DNA of 64,000 nucleotides from Amoebidium appalachense (GCA_963693365.1 CAVNZM010000001.1:18856125-18920124), one strand, 5' to 3'. Counted from the stretch's first letter, positions 10,736 to 24,649 are shown. Program-made: numbers and translations. Notes: generated by a model not told the origin, from the sequence alone.

Positions 10736-10928
10736 AAGGGGGGGGGAGAGAGAGAGAGAGAGGATAAGAGAGTTGAAGACCCAAACCGTGCACACACAAA
10801 TTCGGAAAGTATGTTAAATTTCTGTGTTAGTCTTTGTGTCTCTGAGTGCCCACGTGTGTGTTGCTTTATCGACGGAGGGAGTGGCGGTGTAGTGTTTGTG
10901 GAAGGATAGGTGTTGTATTGATGGTGGT

Positions 10929-10968
<40 letters not shown>

Positions 10969-11335
10969 GGGACGGGGGGAGAAAGGGGGAGGAGGTCCAC
11001 TGCCTATGAAAGTGGACTGGAAGACTTGGCCCTAAATCATGTTGTTTGCAGGTCCGGGTGGATCTGTGTGTGTCTACATACCGTGGTAGAAGAACAGAAA
11101 CATTGTAGGCATGTGTTGTAGAGATGTGTCTGGCAAGTAGGGGTGTGGTGCTGACCGGGGAGAGGAGGGAGGCCGGGGGGAGGAGAGGGTGCAGATGGGG
11201 GGATGGCAATGAGAGAGAGACTTCTAAGGAGGATCGAGTTTTTTAGAGAGAGAAGGGTGGGTTGATGGGTGGGGGTTGAGGGAGAGGGGAGGGGGTGGGA
11301 AGGGGAGGGGGGAGGAGAAAGAGAGGGTGGGGGAC

Positions 11336-11373
<38 letters not shown>

Positions 11374-11589
11374 ATGGGGGCAGGGGTAGATAAGAGTTGC
11401 TGGTTATTTATAAGGCGGTGTTTATTGTAGGTTCTAGCCGATGAGGGTGGGCAATTTTTCATGGCGGCATATTTCCAGGTATGTGTTGTGTGGTGTATGG
11501 TTAAACTCTAGAAGGGTTGAGATTATGGAGCTAAGGGAAAGGGTGTTGGTGATGGTGGTGGTGGGGTTGTAGTGGTGTTTGGGTACACT

Positions 11590-11671
<82 letters not shown>

Positions 11672-13074
11672 CGCCTATCTGTGTGTGTGCGTCATTGTGG
11701 GGGGAGAATGGGGAGGGTGGGGAGGGGATGATGGCCAGGTTTGGAAGGAGAGGCAGGAGATTGGTGGTGGTGTCGGTGGCAGGAGGGGGCCGGGGGGGGG
11801 GGGGTGTGTGGGGGGGGGGGGGGGGGGGGGGGAGGGGGGGAGAGAGAGAGAGGGGCGGGGAGAGAGAGGGGGGGGGGGGGAGGGATGAGAGAGAGAGGGA
11901 AGAAAGGATATGCGAATGATATCGTTGTATGCCACAACTGAAGAGATAGGCAAGACCTGAAAAATGTGCATTTGTGTCCACACACAACGACTGGATCTGT
12001 CATGGGCAGTGAAAGGGGAAGAGGGGGGGGGGAGGGGGCATATCATACTCGGTGACTCATTCAAGAAACCTTCCTAATATAGTCGATTTTGGGGCTGGCA
12101 CATTACTGCATTATATGTCTTAACGCACAGATGGTGGGGGGGTATCACATTAACGTTACTGGTTAAGTTGTCTAGCCCTATCCCCATCAACGGTGCTAAC
12201 TTAGTTTAGTTATCTTATAGGGTATTGTTATTGTCTAGGTTGTCCCCTATATCTATTGAGAATAGTGGTCGAGTTATGTTACCTGTAATAATATCCCGTC
12301 AGAGGGAACTGGGCCCCTATTCCAGTAAGAGCACTTTTTTTTATCTCCTCCCTAATAAGTGTACAGGTGAAGTTGTATGTCTCGTACCTATCCCATTTAG
12401 AATATCAATTCCGTTTACGTTAGATCCCCCCCATTTTATCGAGGTTAATGGTTAAACCAACCACCGCATCTCCCATTGTAGACAAAATCGAGGTTGAACC
12501 GATCGAGGATTCCAAATTGCCCTGGCGCCGCCCAAGAAATTATCGAACTTGTTAAGCGATCGAGGTAGTGACGTCATTCTGGGAAAAGTGTGCCCAGAAT
12601 GACGTCACTCCCTCGATCGCTTGATAAGTTCGATAATTTCTTGGGCGGCGCCAGGGCAATTTGGAATCCTCGATCCAAGTTCGACCTCGATTTTGTCTAA
12701 AATGGGAGATAGGGTGGTTGGTTTAAGGTATCTCACCATTGACACTGTATGTTAAACCTATCTCCTTAATACAGCGGAGTAAGCTTTCATTAAGAGTTCA
12801 TAATCACCTATCAAGAGTGCAGGATAAGCCCCCCCCCCCCCCCCCTTCCCCCCCCCCCCCCCCCCCCCCCCTCCCCTCCATCCACCCCACCCCTCTGACC
12901 ATATGAACAGTTTACAGGCACGTGCATTCTAGCCATGCCCACAGTCATCCAAAAGGGCTTCAAGGAGGGCACGGGGGCTGGGCCTGAGGTGTTTGGCCAA
13001 CTGGGCACATATGATGCTATAGGCCGCATGCATGCAAGGTATTTTGCCCTGTTCTCCCCCCCCCCCCCCCCCCC

Positions 13075-13119
<45 letters not shown>

Positions 13120-13657
13120 CCCCTCTCCCCCCCTCGACTCACCTTTTTGGATTTTCCGCTGCCGACATTGCCACTACCCACCCCCCCACCCCCCCCCCTT
13201 TTTTTTTTTCCTTCTCCCCCCCCCCCCTCCCCCCCCCTCCCCCCCTCTATTTTTTTAAGGGTTCCGTTTTTAGTTTTTGGGACGTCTGATGGATACCCCC
13301 CCCCCCCCCCCCCATATTATTTTATGATTTCCTTTTTTTTTGTCTTTGGGACGTCTAATGGATACCCCCCCCCCCCCCCCCCCCCATATTATTTTATGAT
13401 TCCCTTTTTTTTTGTCTTTGGGACGTCTGATGGATAGCCCCCCTCCCCCCCCCCCCCTCCCCCCCCCCCCCCCCTCCCCCCCCTCCCCCCCTCCCTCCCC
13501 TCCCCCACCCCCTGTGTCCACATGCCACCACCCACAATCCACTTACCAACCGTGCACACACAGTGTCTTCAAGTACGATTTGGTGCCAACAATATTTGCC
13601 GGTATACCAGGTACAACCCCCCCCCCCCCCCCCCCTCTCTCCCTCCGACCCACATGT

Positions 13658-13726
<69 letters not shown>

Positions 13727-13811
13727 GGGTGACCCACCCATGTTCAATTGAAGTAGTATCTGAGTTGGTGTAAGCATTCAAAGTCAATAGGTCAAAGTTC
13801 GGGTACCTGAG

Positions 13812-13851
<40 letters not shown>

Positions 13852-14026
13852 TTCCTTCCCCGGAGAATGGGCACCAGTTGTGATACATACCCTTTGTGTT
13901 GCCGATCTTTTTTGCATAATCTTCAACGTGTTTTTCGTCGTGAATTTGTACTTCATACTCCGCAACACAGCCTAACACCTTGGCCGGTTTAAATGTTTAA
14001 TTGCTACTCTGTAGCCCATTCTACCC

Positions 14027-14057
<31 letters not shown>

Positions 14058-14696
14058 ACACACCCTCTCTCTCTCTCGCCCCCCGTCTCCCTTCCCCCTC
14101 CCACCCTCTCTCCCTCTCTCCCCTCTCCCCCCACCCCCCCCCCCCCCCTCTCCCCCCCCCCTCAACTCCCCTTCCTCCCTCCCTCCCCTCCCCCATTCTT
14201 CAATCTCAGGGCTGAATGAGTTGTTGAATGGTGGTGCTCGTGTGCTTGATGTTGGCTGTGGCAAGGGGGGGTCCACTCTGGCCATTGCATCTTCATATGA
14301 GGCTGCACATGTGGTGGGCGTGGACTGCCACCAACCAAGTCTCGACCAGGCAAGGTGTGGATTTACATGAAACCCCCCCCCCCCCCCTCCCAACCCCCCT
14401 TCCCCCCTCCCCCCTCCCTGTCTAAACGTCCACCCACCCACCCACCCACGGAACAGACACACAGGGAGAGGTTTTGCATAATGAATTAGAAGGGAAAACG
14501 AAATGGACATTGAAAGTGGAAAAGGTTTTTTTCTTTGGGTGGAGGGGTGAAGGGGGGGGGGGGGGGGGGGGTAAGGGGGTGGAGGGGACATGGGGGAGGA
14601 AGGAGGGTGGTATGTGTTGGCGGCCCCGGGGGGAGAAGGGGGGGGGGGGGGGGGGGGGGGGGGACGGGAGGAGAATTGGTGGTGGTGGTGGTGGTG

Positions 14697-14727
<31 letters not shown>

Positions 14728-14967
14728 GGGGGGGGGGGAAGGATGAGGGCAGGATTCTGTAGACATATTAGTTGCTTGTGTTGAGTTGCCAAACGTGGGT
14801 GTTCAGGGAGAGATGTGCATCTGCCGGGGCAACCAACACGGAATTTGTGTGCGACACCATCGAGTCCTTTGCTGCTAAGGAGGTGTGTGGATGTTGTTCT
14901 CTGGACGTGTTTGTGCTTGGCCATTGTGCAATTCGTTTACCCAACCACTCTTGCCGTTTTTCCTCCT

Positions 14968-15006
<39 letters not shown>

Positions 15007-16048
15007 AAATGTTCTCTGCTCCCGAATGAAGGGGAAAGAAAAGAGGGAGGCGGGAGGAAAGGGGGGAGGGGGAGGAGGGGGAGGGGGAGAGAGAGAGAGA
15101 GCGAGAGAGCGAGGGAGCGAGGGAGAGATGGGGGAAGGGGGTGAGGGAGGGGGGGAATGCTATGTGATTCGAGCGTGTGATCTTGAAGGACATATACACT
15201 GGAGGGAGAGACTGATAAGGGCCGAACTGGGGTGAATCTTTATTTCAAATTTTATTTATTTATTTATTTTTTATTTTATTTTTTTGGGGGGGGAGGGAGG
15301 GGGGGGGGCAAGACAATTACTTGTGGGGTCAACGATGTTGAGGAAGGGACGATGTTGCATTCCAATTTGCATCAACACGTCAAGAAATATAAATGTCTTC
15401 TCTTGTTCTATTGTCCATGCACATGACGGGCGCAAGTGTGATAATTGTTGCCTATATCGCGTTTTACTGCAACTCTTCCATTCATCATAAAGAAACAGTC
15501 GGGTAGAACTTGAAGCTACACCATGCACGTTCCAAGTGTATGGCTCCATCCTTTCGGACTAGATCAGTTTCAGGTATGACATGACAAATCAGACTCTCAT
15601 TTGTGTGTTTTCCCCCCAGGAGTCTGGAAAGTTCGACATGATTCTAGCGTTTGACACGGTGCATGACATGGCACAGCCGAGAGAGGCCTTGGCTGCTATG
15701 AGGTACATTCGGGCCCGTGTGTGTGGTGGTGGTGGTGGCCGGGTGGTGGTGTGTGTGTGGGGGGGAAGGGGGCGGGGGGGAGGCCTGGGGGGGCTGTGTG
15801 TGTTAGTGTGCTTGGCAAGTAGTGAGGGTTGATGATGTGTTGTGCTGATGGCACTGCAACAACTCAGCTAGGTTGGTGTGGGGGTGGGTGGGGATGGGAT
15901 TGTGGTGGTGGGTGTGGGGTAGTGGCTGGGTGGGGGGGGGGGGCGGGGGGTACGGGGTGGGGTGTGTGCGAGTGTGGGTGCGTGGGTGCGTGGGTGCGTG
16001 GGTGGGCGGTGTGCGCACACGTGTGTGTGTGTGTGTGTGTGTGGGTGA

Positions 16049-16086
<38 letters not shown>

Positions 16087-16238
16087 CTCTGACTTTTTGC
16101 CTTGCCCACATAGGGGCTTGCTACGAGATGGGAACTCGCTGCTGGTGTGGAGTGAGCCAGGAGGCTCAGTGAATCCAATGGAAAACAGAACAACAAAACG
16201 TAACCCCCCTCCCCCCCCCCCTCTTTCCTCCCCGCCTC

Positions 16239-16319
<81 letters not shown>

Positions 16320-16549
16320 CACACCTCCATCCCCCGACCCCATTCCCCCCTCCCTCTCCGGGGCAGCTTTTTGCACATGAGGCACACGTACGAGAGCTTG
16401 TTGACCATACGTACACATGTGTACGTGTACACGGTTCAGCCAGGGTGACGGCACATCCCCCCCCCCCCCCCCCCCCCCCCTGCCCGGGCACAATCTTTCC
16501 GGCACGTGAAACACCCTGCCGCAATATGACAAGCACACCAACCTCCCTG

Positions 16550-16581
<32 letters not shown>

Positions 16582-16929
16582 ACCCACCCACCCACCCTTC
16601 CCCTCACCCCCACCACCACTACCATCAGCACCACCCCACCACCACCACCACGACCCCGCCTCGGCGTGCACTCACCACACACGCAGACACACACACACAA
16701 ACCCGGGTTTGATCAGAGAAAACGGTCAGTGCACCACATGATATTTTATAATAGGTCTCAAGCAAAATGTGTAGATTCCGGGCTTGAGCCTGTCGTTTCG
16801 GCGAAGGAAAGTGGATGCAGGGACACAGCTGTAATTCTAATTGACATATTGTCCCTACCCTGCACGTACTTTGTGTTGTGTGGGAGTCATGCAGAAATCC
16901 ACAATGCTACAGCCTTCTCACAACTAACC

Positions 16930-16976
<47 letters not shown>

Positions 16977-17017
16977 ACACATTCACACACACATTCACAC
17001 ATGCGCGCGCGCGCACG

Positions 17018-17053
<36 letters not shown>

Positions 17054-17071
17054 CACACACACACACACGCA

Positions 17072-17167
<96 letters not shown>

Positions 17168-17360
17168 GCGTGGGCGGATGGGCTTCAGTGTTCTTCACTG
17201 CATGACGGTCAGTCTTGCCGAGGGGGGGGAGGGCCTGGGCACGATCATAGGGGTGGAGGGGTGCAAACAACTGGCTCACGAGGCAGGATTTGGAAGGTTC
17301 GAGGTCCTTCCGCCATGCACCGCCACACAGTTTTGGTTTGGCCTGCGCCTACAACCCTAA
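9422..17360 (+). CDS. Class I SAM-dependent methyltransferase with N-terminal winged-helix, Rv2258c-like; 10 exons, ~357 aa
   Basis: Hand-spliced GT-AG exons 9422-9493, 10359-10553, 11431-11478, 12911-13038, 13564-13610, 14210-14354, 14807-14882, 15620-15702, 16114-16199 and 17167-17360 total 1074 nt and stay in frame. Motifs GDTCGLFKALA, NERYVLEW, YVEYD, VLDVGCGKG (motif I), FDTVHDMAQP and VLHCMTVSLAEGGEGLGT are typical of this family. Confidence 0.9.
12456..12722. mobile_element. Foldback MITE with TTAA target-site duplication, in intron 3 of the methyltransferase
   Basis: ~130-bp inverted arms (ACCAACCACC...GGTGGTTGGT) around a 9-nt loop; TTAA at 12452-12455 and 12723-12726. Confidence 0.85.
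13275..13437. repeat. Three tandem ~59-bp intronic repeats
   Basis: TTTGGGACGTCT(G/A)ATGGATA-polyC-ATATTATTTTATGATT repeated. Confidence 0.8.
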
Positions 17361-17431
17361 TGGCAACTGGATGGATGATCCCCCCCCTTCCCCCCCCCCC
17401 CCCCCCCCTCCCCCCCCCTTCTTCCGAACAC

Positions 17432-17497
<66 letters not shown>

Positions 17498-17849
17498 CAA
17501 CGGACTCCTCCCTAAATTGTCCTGTCTTCCCTGTGCACATTAGTGTTGGGACTGGCTGCTTTTCATAGATACGTACGTTAAGATTGTGTTAGAGTGTAAA
17601 TTTGGTCTGCGGATCTGTAGGCCCAGATTTTTTGGTTTTCTTTAAAACTTCGCAGTACGAAGCCAGCACTCATGTACATGTAGATGTGAAATTGCAGCCG
17701 ACAGGAATCGGTTGTGTACAGAACCAATGTATGCTTAAAACAACATTTGGCATGTCCTAGTAAAAACCACATTCCTATCCATCCCATCCCATCCCCCGCT
17801 CCCCCCCCTCCTCCCCCCCCCCCCCCCCATCCCCCCCCAAACTCCTTTA

Positions 17850-19787
17850 CCGTACGACACCCACTGACCCACTTCCGCTCTGTAAAGACCTTCGAATTTG
17901 CCCTCCAAAATGGCTTAAACCAATCATTGCGAATCCAAATTTCAGCGCTTTCGAAATCGTGTTTACAATGGACATCGATACGGGCCCCTGTCGATTACCA
18001 GATATATTTACAAGGGCTCGACCAATCAAATGCCTTATCTACAAACACCAGAGCCAGTGCTTCCAGAGAAGTATTGTATGATAGACTATGGGTGCCAAGG
18101 GAGCATGCAAGAACCCCCCCCCCCCCCCCCCCCCTTTTCTTTTTTTTTTCTTTTCCAATTTGGGGTGGGGCGGAGGGGGGGGGGGGGGGGGGGGGGGGGG
18201 AGGGGAGGGGGATAGAGAAGGGTGTGTGTGTGTGACGTGTTTGTGTGTTGGGGGGAGGGGGGAAGGGGAGGAGGGGAGGGGGATATACTGCAACATCTAT
18301 ACTGTTGGCCACTCGCAGTGTCCCATTCCAAATGGGTCGGCTACTGGAGGAGCTATGTTTACGTTTATACGCGGACGAGCGGTGGTTAATGGGCGGCTAT
18401 CCCCAGGGTTTACCCGCACGCGCGGGGTACTTCAAGGGTCCCTGCTAAGTCCTCTTCTTTTCAACCTGTATATTGATGATTTAGCCGACACTCTTTCTGC
18501 GGCACAAATTGACGGGGGGTTGCCATCCCAGGCTCCCCCCGCCCTCTTTTTTGCCGACGATATTGTGCTTATGTCATCCGATCCTCTCGAACAACGGCAA
18601 TACATTCGTGTGGTTGAACATTGGTGCCAGCGCAACGATATGCAGATTAATGTCAAAAAGTGTGCCCTTTTATCAAAATCGATACCGGCATCCATGGGAC
18701 GACGTTTGTATTTTCGGCAGTCCCCTCCCTCGCCCAATCGAATACAAGTATTTGGGGATTCCGGTGGACGAATAATGGGGCATATGTTTCAAACGGATGA
18801 TCGACCGTCGGGTGGAGAGTGCAGGCAGGTGTCTTCGGTTATTTAGGGATGTGTATCTTGCTACTCTTTCTCATACTGTCCACCTATACAATCGTCTTAG
18901 TATATTTCGCACATATATTCGCCCTTTGTCTGAATACGGGTTGCCCTTACTAGCTATGGCACCCCCTGATACTGTTACTAATGTCCTCAAATCAATAGAT
19001 GATTTCCACTACACAACTTGTTGTACGTTTCTCACTGGTCTTTCCACACCTATCCCTAGATGCCTTTTTGATTCTCTCTACGCACTCACACCACCATCAC
19101 AACGCGTACACAAATTAGCCCTTAAATTTCACGAGCACATCACCCGCCTGTCCGCTTGTGCCCCGGACCACCCGCTCTTCCGGCTACACGCATCCCCGCC
19201 GGACTCGCCCCTCTACCTCTTCCCTTCCCCATCGTCTCTGTCCATTGCCGAGCGTTATGTGGAATGGCTGGCGACCCCACCGGAGGTACGGCTAGATCAT
19301 AGTGTGAATATGAATAGTTTCAAGTCTATGGCTGATAGATATCTTTTTACTCTACGTGTTGAGTCCCTTCCGGTGTTAGGACCGCAAAAACACCAACTAC
19401 TAGTAGCCTATATGGCGGATACGGTTAGAGAGTCTCGTTCATACATAGATTCGTTTATTTCGTAATGTGGTGTGGTGTAAAAACGCAAAGATGATTATGG
19501 CTTGGCGGTGTAATCGGTTTCTGGTGTCTCCTGCTCGTATGTGTAATATGTGTGGGGTGCGGTTTACTCGCGGCTGCATATCTATCAATAAATGCAACCT
19601 GTTAGCTAATGTATTAGAACCGGAGGTTATTGGCGGTTTTATTCTCTTTTCTTCCTCTCTTCCTCAATATATCCGTTTTAAGATGACTATCCTAGATCAC
19701 CTTGTTAATGCTGCACAGTATGATATTGTGATCCGGTGCCTTAACTTTCTTTCGGAGCTACCGATGCTAGCCTCTGCTTACCCATAA
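17850..19787 (+). mobile_element. Degenerate 5'-truncated non-LTR retrotransposon (LINE) reverse transcriptase
   Basis: RGVLQGSLLSPLLFNLYIDDL, LFFADDIVL, INVKKC, EYKYLGIP, IFRTYIRPLSEYGL and a C-terminal CNMC-containing region. Broken by frameshifts near 18700-18800 and a stop at ~19465. The segment 17850-18340 is only tentatively part of it. Confidence 0.85.
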
Positions 19788-20058
19788 TATGTAATAGGGG
19801 TGTCAGATACTATGATGGCGCTCATTGTTGCCTAGCATGTACATATGTCACTGGCTGCATTTGATTGGCTGTGCTGGAAAACGCAGTAGGCCGTCGAATG
19901 TGGCTGGGCCTCCGGCAGTGTCCACGCAATAAAAAGTGTGTAAACCCCATCTATACTGTGCTGCTTTTGTGTGTGTGCTATAGTTTTCTCTCTTTCTCTT
20001 TCTAGCTCTTTCCTTCTTTCTTCATATTAGTTATTATTTGAGTCAAATTATCGGGGGC

Positions 20059-20114
<56 letters not shown>

Positions 20115-20907
20115 GGGGGGGGGGGGGGGGGGGGGGGGAGGGGGTCGGTCACGATGTACGTGATCGAAAGCAGTGTTTTCCAAGCACACAGTATACACTG
20201 GTGCGCATGCACAACCGTGCACATATTGCTTACAATAAACATGTCGAAGAAAAAGGCTCTCTTTCATGTCGAAGAAATAAGGTCTCTCAATCATTAGTAA
20301 CACGGCCCGGAAGTTTCTTCGTCCAAGTCCATACAAGGCGAATACATCAACTGCAGTGCAAGGCATTTTTCTTTCTTTCTACTTTGCGCGCAGTGGCATC
20401 CGCCTTCATCAATACGTTATGTGCATCGTTCAACGTTAACAATGCAAATACAATGATACATGGAAGGTCTTCTCTCTTTTTTTTTTAAAAAAAAACATGT
20501 ATCGAACTTAAAAAAAACCTATCCCCGATACGTCCGGAGCATACTTATGCACATACATAGTTACTGTATTTACATGGATTCCAAATTTTCTCGCCATATG
20601 CATCAGGCAGATTTTTACCACACAATTTGAACTCACATGTACACTTATTTCTGCAGCACACTACAATGTGCAATTACGCTGCACACCGCAAAAAAAAAAA
20701 TCACCATACCATAGCGTTTGGAACATACCCTTCATACCGAAACAGACTCCCTGCGAGTACTCCTTGTAAACACATCATATGGACATGTATGAATACACAT
20801 GTATGTGTGTCTACTACTCTTTGCGTGTTATATACATCTATCTGATTATAACCATGCTAATCAGTCTTAGCCAGGACTATCACATACATGGTATATCTAC
20901 CCCCTTG

Positions 20908-21969
20908 TCATTTCACGACCCTATCCAGTACCTCGTCCATGTACCAATGCTGCCACTTTGTCACAAAGTGTATCGCGTCCCTCAAGAAATTATTGTCCCC
21001 GCTCCTAGTCAACGCCCTTTCCAAATCTAGAACCTCAAATCCCTCCTTGTGAGCTGCCTCTCTCGCTATTTCATTTATTCTTGGTACTAAATAACAATAT
21101 TTAGTCCACCCTTTTCCCCGTGCAAGAGGACTCATCTCACATGGATTAGCTGTACGCCAAAAAAACAAAGGAACTGGGAAATGTTCATTCGGTTTGCTAA
21201 ACATTTGCTTCACTCCCCTCATCATGGACACCACGCCGCTTGCATAATCTCTCAGGAACGCCTCCCTTCGATGCTCGTCCGTCAGCCGTTCTTTATCGTA
21301 AGCAATATTCAAGTCCCAAAAAGCTGCATGTGCCAAAACTGCCTGCGGCCAGCCACCTATCATCTCACTCAAAAACTCCCATCCTCTGGCAACCAATGTT
21401 TCATTCATAGCAACATCCCACAAGAGCGTCTCAGCCCCGTTCAACACTTTAACCGGCCGTGTACCGTCAAAGTTCATAACGTTTGCGAGGGTAATGTTGT
21501 TTTTTCGGCAGAAATTCACCTGGACATTTCGTTTTTTCGCTTGTGCTTCAAGTTCGTCCTCTTGCTCTTCAGTGCACGTGTCTTCATTCACATAGTCCAC
21601 AAGCATGAGTTTTGGCTGGTTGCTCCAGCAAACGTTCATTCCCATGCGTCCATGGCAGTACCCAAAAAGTGTGTCTCTGTCGTTTGAATCGCCTATGGTG
21701 AGAATATACAACGGGCTGTCTCGGGATGGAGCTTGGAGTATGCGGTCAATGGCCTTTTTGTTTTGCATCAACCACAAGGTATTGTCTTGTGGCTGTTCAG
21801 GGGATGACTTGCCGTTTGACGTCGATAACGCCTCTGTGTATTCAACGTTAACACGAACGCTGGTTGACGATGTCAAATTGAGTGAAAAAATGGCCAAAAG
21901 GGCTGCGATCACGAGAACGGGAACTGACGACCTGCGGCAGCATATTCTGGTCATTGAGTGGGTAAGCAT
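20908..21969 (-). CDS. SGNH/GDSL-fold esterase or O-acyltransferase (PC-esterase-like), N-terminal signal anchor, single exon, 353 aa
   Basis: Hydrophobic VPVLVIAALLAIFSL near the N-terminus; IGDSNDR (GDS nucleophile), AFWDL, FFWRT and C-terminal RDAIHF (DxxH). Confidence 0.75.
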   Translation of the reverse strand: MLTHSMTRICCRRSSVPVLVIAALLAIFSLNLTSSTSVRVNVEYTEALSTSNGKSSPEQPQDNTLWLMQNKKAIDRILQAPSRDSPLYILTIGDSNDRDTLFGYCHGRMGMNVCWSNQPKLMLVDYVNEDTCTEEQEDELEAQAKKRNVQVNFCRKNNITLANVMNFDGTRPVKVLNGAETLLWDVAMNETLVARGWEFLSEMIGGWPQAVLAHAAFWDLNIAYDKERLTDEHRREAFLRDYASGVVSMMRGVKQMFSKPNEHFPVPLFFWRTANPCEMSPLARGKGWTKYCYLVPRINEIAREAAHKEGFEVLDLERALTRSGDNNFLRDAIHFVTKWQHWYMDEVLDRVVK

Positions 21970-23105
21970 GTTAGAATGCAGACACCCTTGAGGGTCAGAA
22001 CCTTTAGAGTAGGCAGGAATGTGTACTGGTGTTGCATGGTAGAGGTCAAGTCGTAAAGTTATAGTGCTATAGTGAGGTCTACCACTACTATGTAGCCGGT
22101 GTTGCTAGGAATGTAGTCTTTCATTATAAGGCGTCACCATGCACAATGCATCAAGGCAGCTCTTCAGCCATAGAGCCTCAGTATTTCTTTGGAAAGGTGC
22201 ACATTGTAGGCTAGCTGGAATGTCCGGCGCTAAAAAGCCTCAGTATTTCTGGTGCACATTGTAGGCTAGCTGGAATGTCCGGCGCTGAAAAAAGACTCGG
22301 GTCAACTATTGTATAATGTACCTGCAAAAAGATTTACGCGGCACACCGGACAAAACTGTAATACAGGTGTGTCTCTATATTTTACATATGGTTTTTTTTT
22401 TGTTTTATAAGTTGATATTTGTCAACAATAGAGATTATAGTTATAGAAAGTGTGATTTGATGTCAACGTTTCCGTTCTACAAGCGACCCGAATCGCACTT
22501 TTACAGTTACGAGCCGACCCGTCAGTAATACTTTGAAATTCCTTTGTCTCAAGGCGTTTATTGATTGGTTACAAGCCTATCATCGTGATGCAGACATAAA
22601 TCGTAAAAAGTTTCCTGAAATGACGTATTTTTTATTCTTTTGACTGACGTATTTCCTATTTTAAAATATATAAGTAGCATATTTAAATCGGCGTTATAAA
22701 ATATAAAGTAGTCGTTGTTATGTTTTTATGCTACGGCTTCAAACGGGTGGGGCAATTTTATGCCGTGGTAATCGGCCCCGAAAAGAGGGGGGGTGCGGCA
22801 TGCCAGGAGCTACTACTAGAGAGAAGGGGGGGTATGATTGGAGGGGGGGTGTTCAGCTAACCTTATATGGATAAAGCAAAGTTACAAGGATTCAAGCCAT
22901 TGGTTGGGCAAGACCCCTTTTGCCGAATATGGATAACAGATCATACACTGCTGTAGGCGGCGGTCAGGAATTGGCGCGCTCTTTACTGGTCACAACCAGT
23001 CCGGGAAGGCCATGAGCAGCATTGCCGAGCACACTGGAATACGGGAATGTTTGCGGTAACGTAGTCGCACTAGGGGGGCAGGGGGCCAGGCCCCAAGTGT
23101 TTAAA

Positions 23106-24501
23106 ATGAAGCCAGGCTGCCCTAAGGGCACAACACAGCGCCCTGGGCATAAAACAGGCGGAGCTAGGGAGGGAGCTGGGCGCAAAAAAAAAGATGCTGC
23201 ATTTGTTCAGCCTTTAGCGAACTTTGCAGGTTTTGGGACGGCAAACAAAGCTGTTTTGCAGGAACTAAACGTAAACGTACAACCCGAACAGCCCCCTCTA
23301 TCTAAGGCCGCCGACATAAGGGCCCGTGTAGTTGAGGCAGGTAGCGTCCATTCGTTACCAAGAGAAATGGATCGGGCCCCTGCTCCACACCCACCAGACA
23401 TACAGGTGCAACCCGACGAGGAACCTTTGCTAAATGCAGCAGCAGATGCGTACCGGGTAGACGAGGATGAAGGGGAGGAAGAGGGAGAAGATAATACGGA
23501 CGGGGATGACGGTGGAGAGGAGTTTTCTGACGCGGCGGGCGAAACAATCAAGTCGCACCTGCACACAGTGAAAGAGAGTCTCAAAGATGAGAAGACGCCT
23601 GTGGGGTGGCATCTTCCACCTCCCATTATAGGCTTTAAATTTGGGGGCGATCCAGCGCCTTTCTACAAACCCAGATGTTTTGCCTGGCTTCCGGAAAGGT
23701 TGTCTCCCGGTTTCATGGTGCCGTGCCCCTTCGATGATCACTACGTGGACCCCCACAACCACCCCAACCCACACCGTACTTCTCGCAATGGGTTCATGAG
23801 CAACCCCGTAGGACGGCGTGTTATCGACTTTGACAGCTGCTACTACATTATCACGGCCCGGTACTTTTGTGACACATGCAAAAAAAACTTTGCCGGCACA
23901 AACCCCCAGACAATTAAACGCCTTCCACTCTTCATGCGTGATCAGTTTCCGGCCTACCTTAGCCACCGCAGTGGGCTCGACCTAAAGGTGGTAACATTGT
24001 TGCGTGCACTGGCAGACAAAGGTGTGGGCCCAAACGCCTTTGCCACCCTCCTCTCGGAGCTCCACAAGCAGCGATACGACGAGCAGCGGCTCCTGTATTA
24101 CTCGAGGGCGCTGCATTGGACCAAGTATGAACTCAAAAAGCGTAACGATTTCCGCCCCCACGACCAGCGCCTGACAGAACTTCCCCCAGAGGAGCAGGCG
24201 GCTAAGTTCTCGGCGTTTGGTGACAAAAATGGTTACGCTGGACATGTGCCTTCAGGCAAGTGTGCACTGCATTTTGGGTGTGTAAATGGTCCCCATTGTT
24301 TTGTATGCACGTGCTTGGGCATTTTTTGGGTTGGCTTGGTAGGGTTTTGTCTTATTATTTTTTATTTTTTTTTTAGGGGGGGGGGGGGGACTTGGAAATG
24401 GGTTTTGGAAGTGTGGTCAATAAGTTTCTATTATGGTGGTGGTGGATGTGTGGTGGTGGATGTGCGCCTGTGAGTGTGCGTGTACTTGTGGGTCCGTGTG
24501 T

Positions 24502-24533
<32 letters not shown>

Positions 24534-24616
24534 GGGGGGGGAGGGGGGACATGGTGATGGATTAGGTGGTGGTGGTGGCAATCAGTCATGGTGGTGGTGG
24601 TGGTGGTGGTGGTGGT

Positions 24617-24649
<33 letters not shown>

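Noticed and set aside
15271-15549. Intronic minus-strand ORF with TWNVHG (APE endonuclease-like start)
   Set aside because: Only one short motif; no further endonuclease residues recognisable
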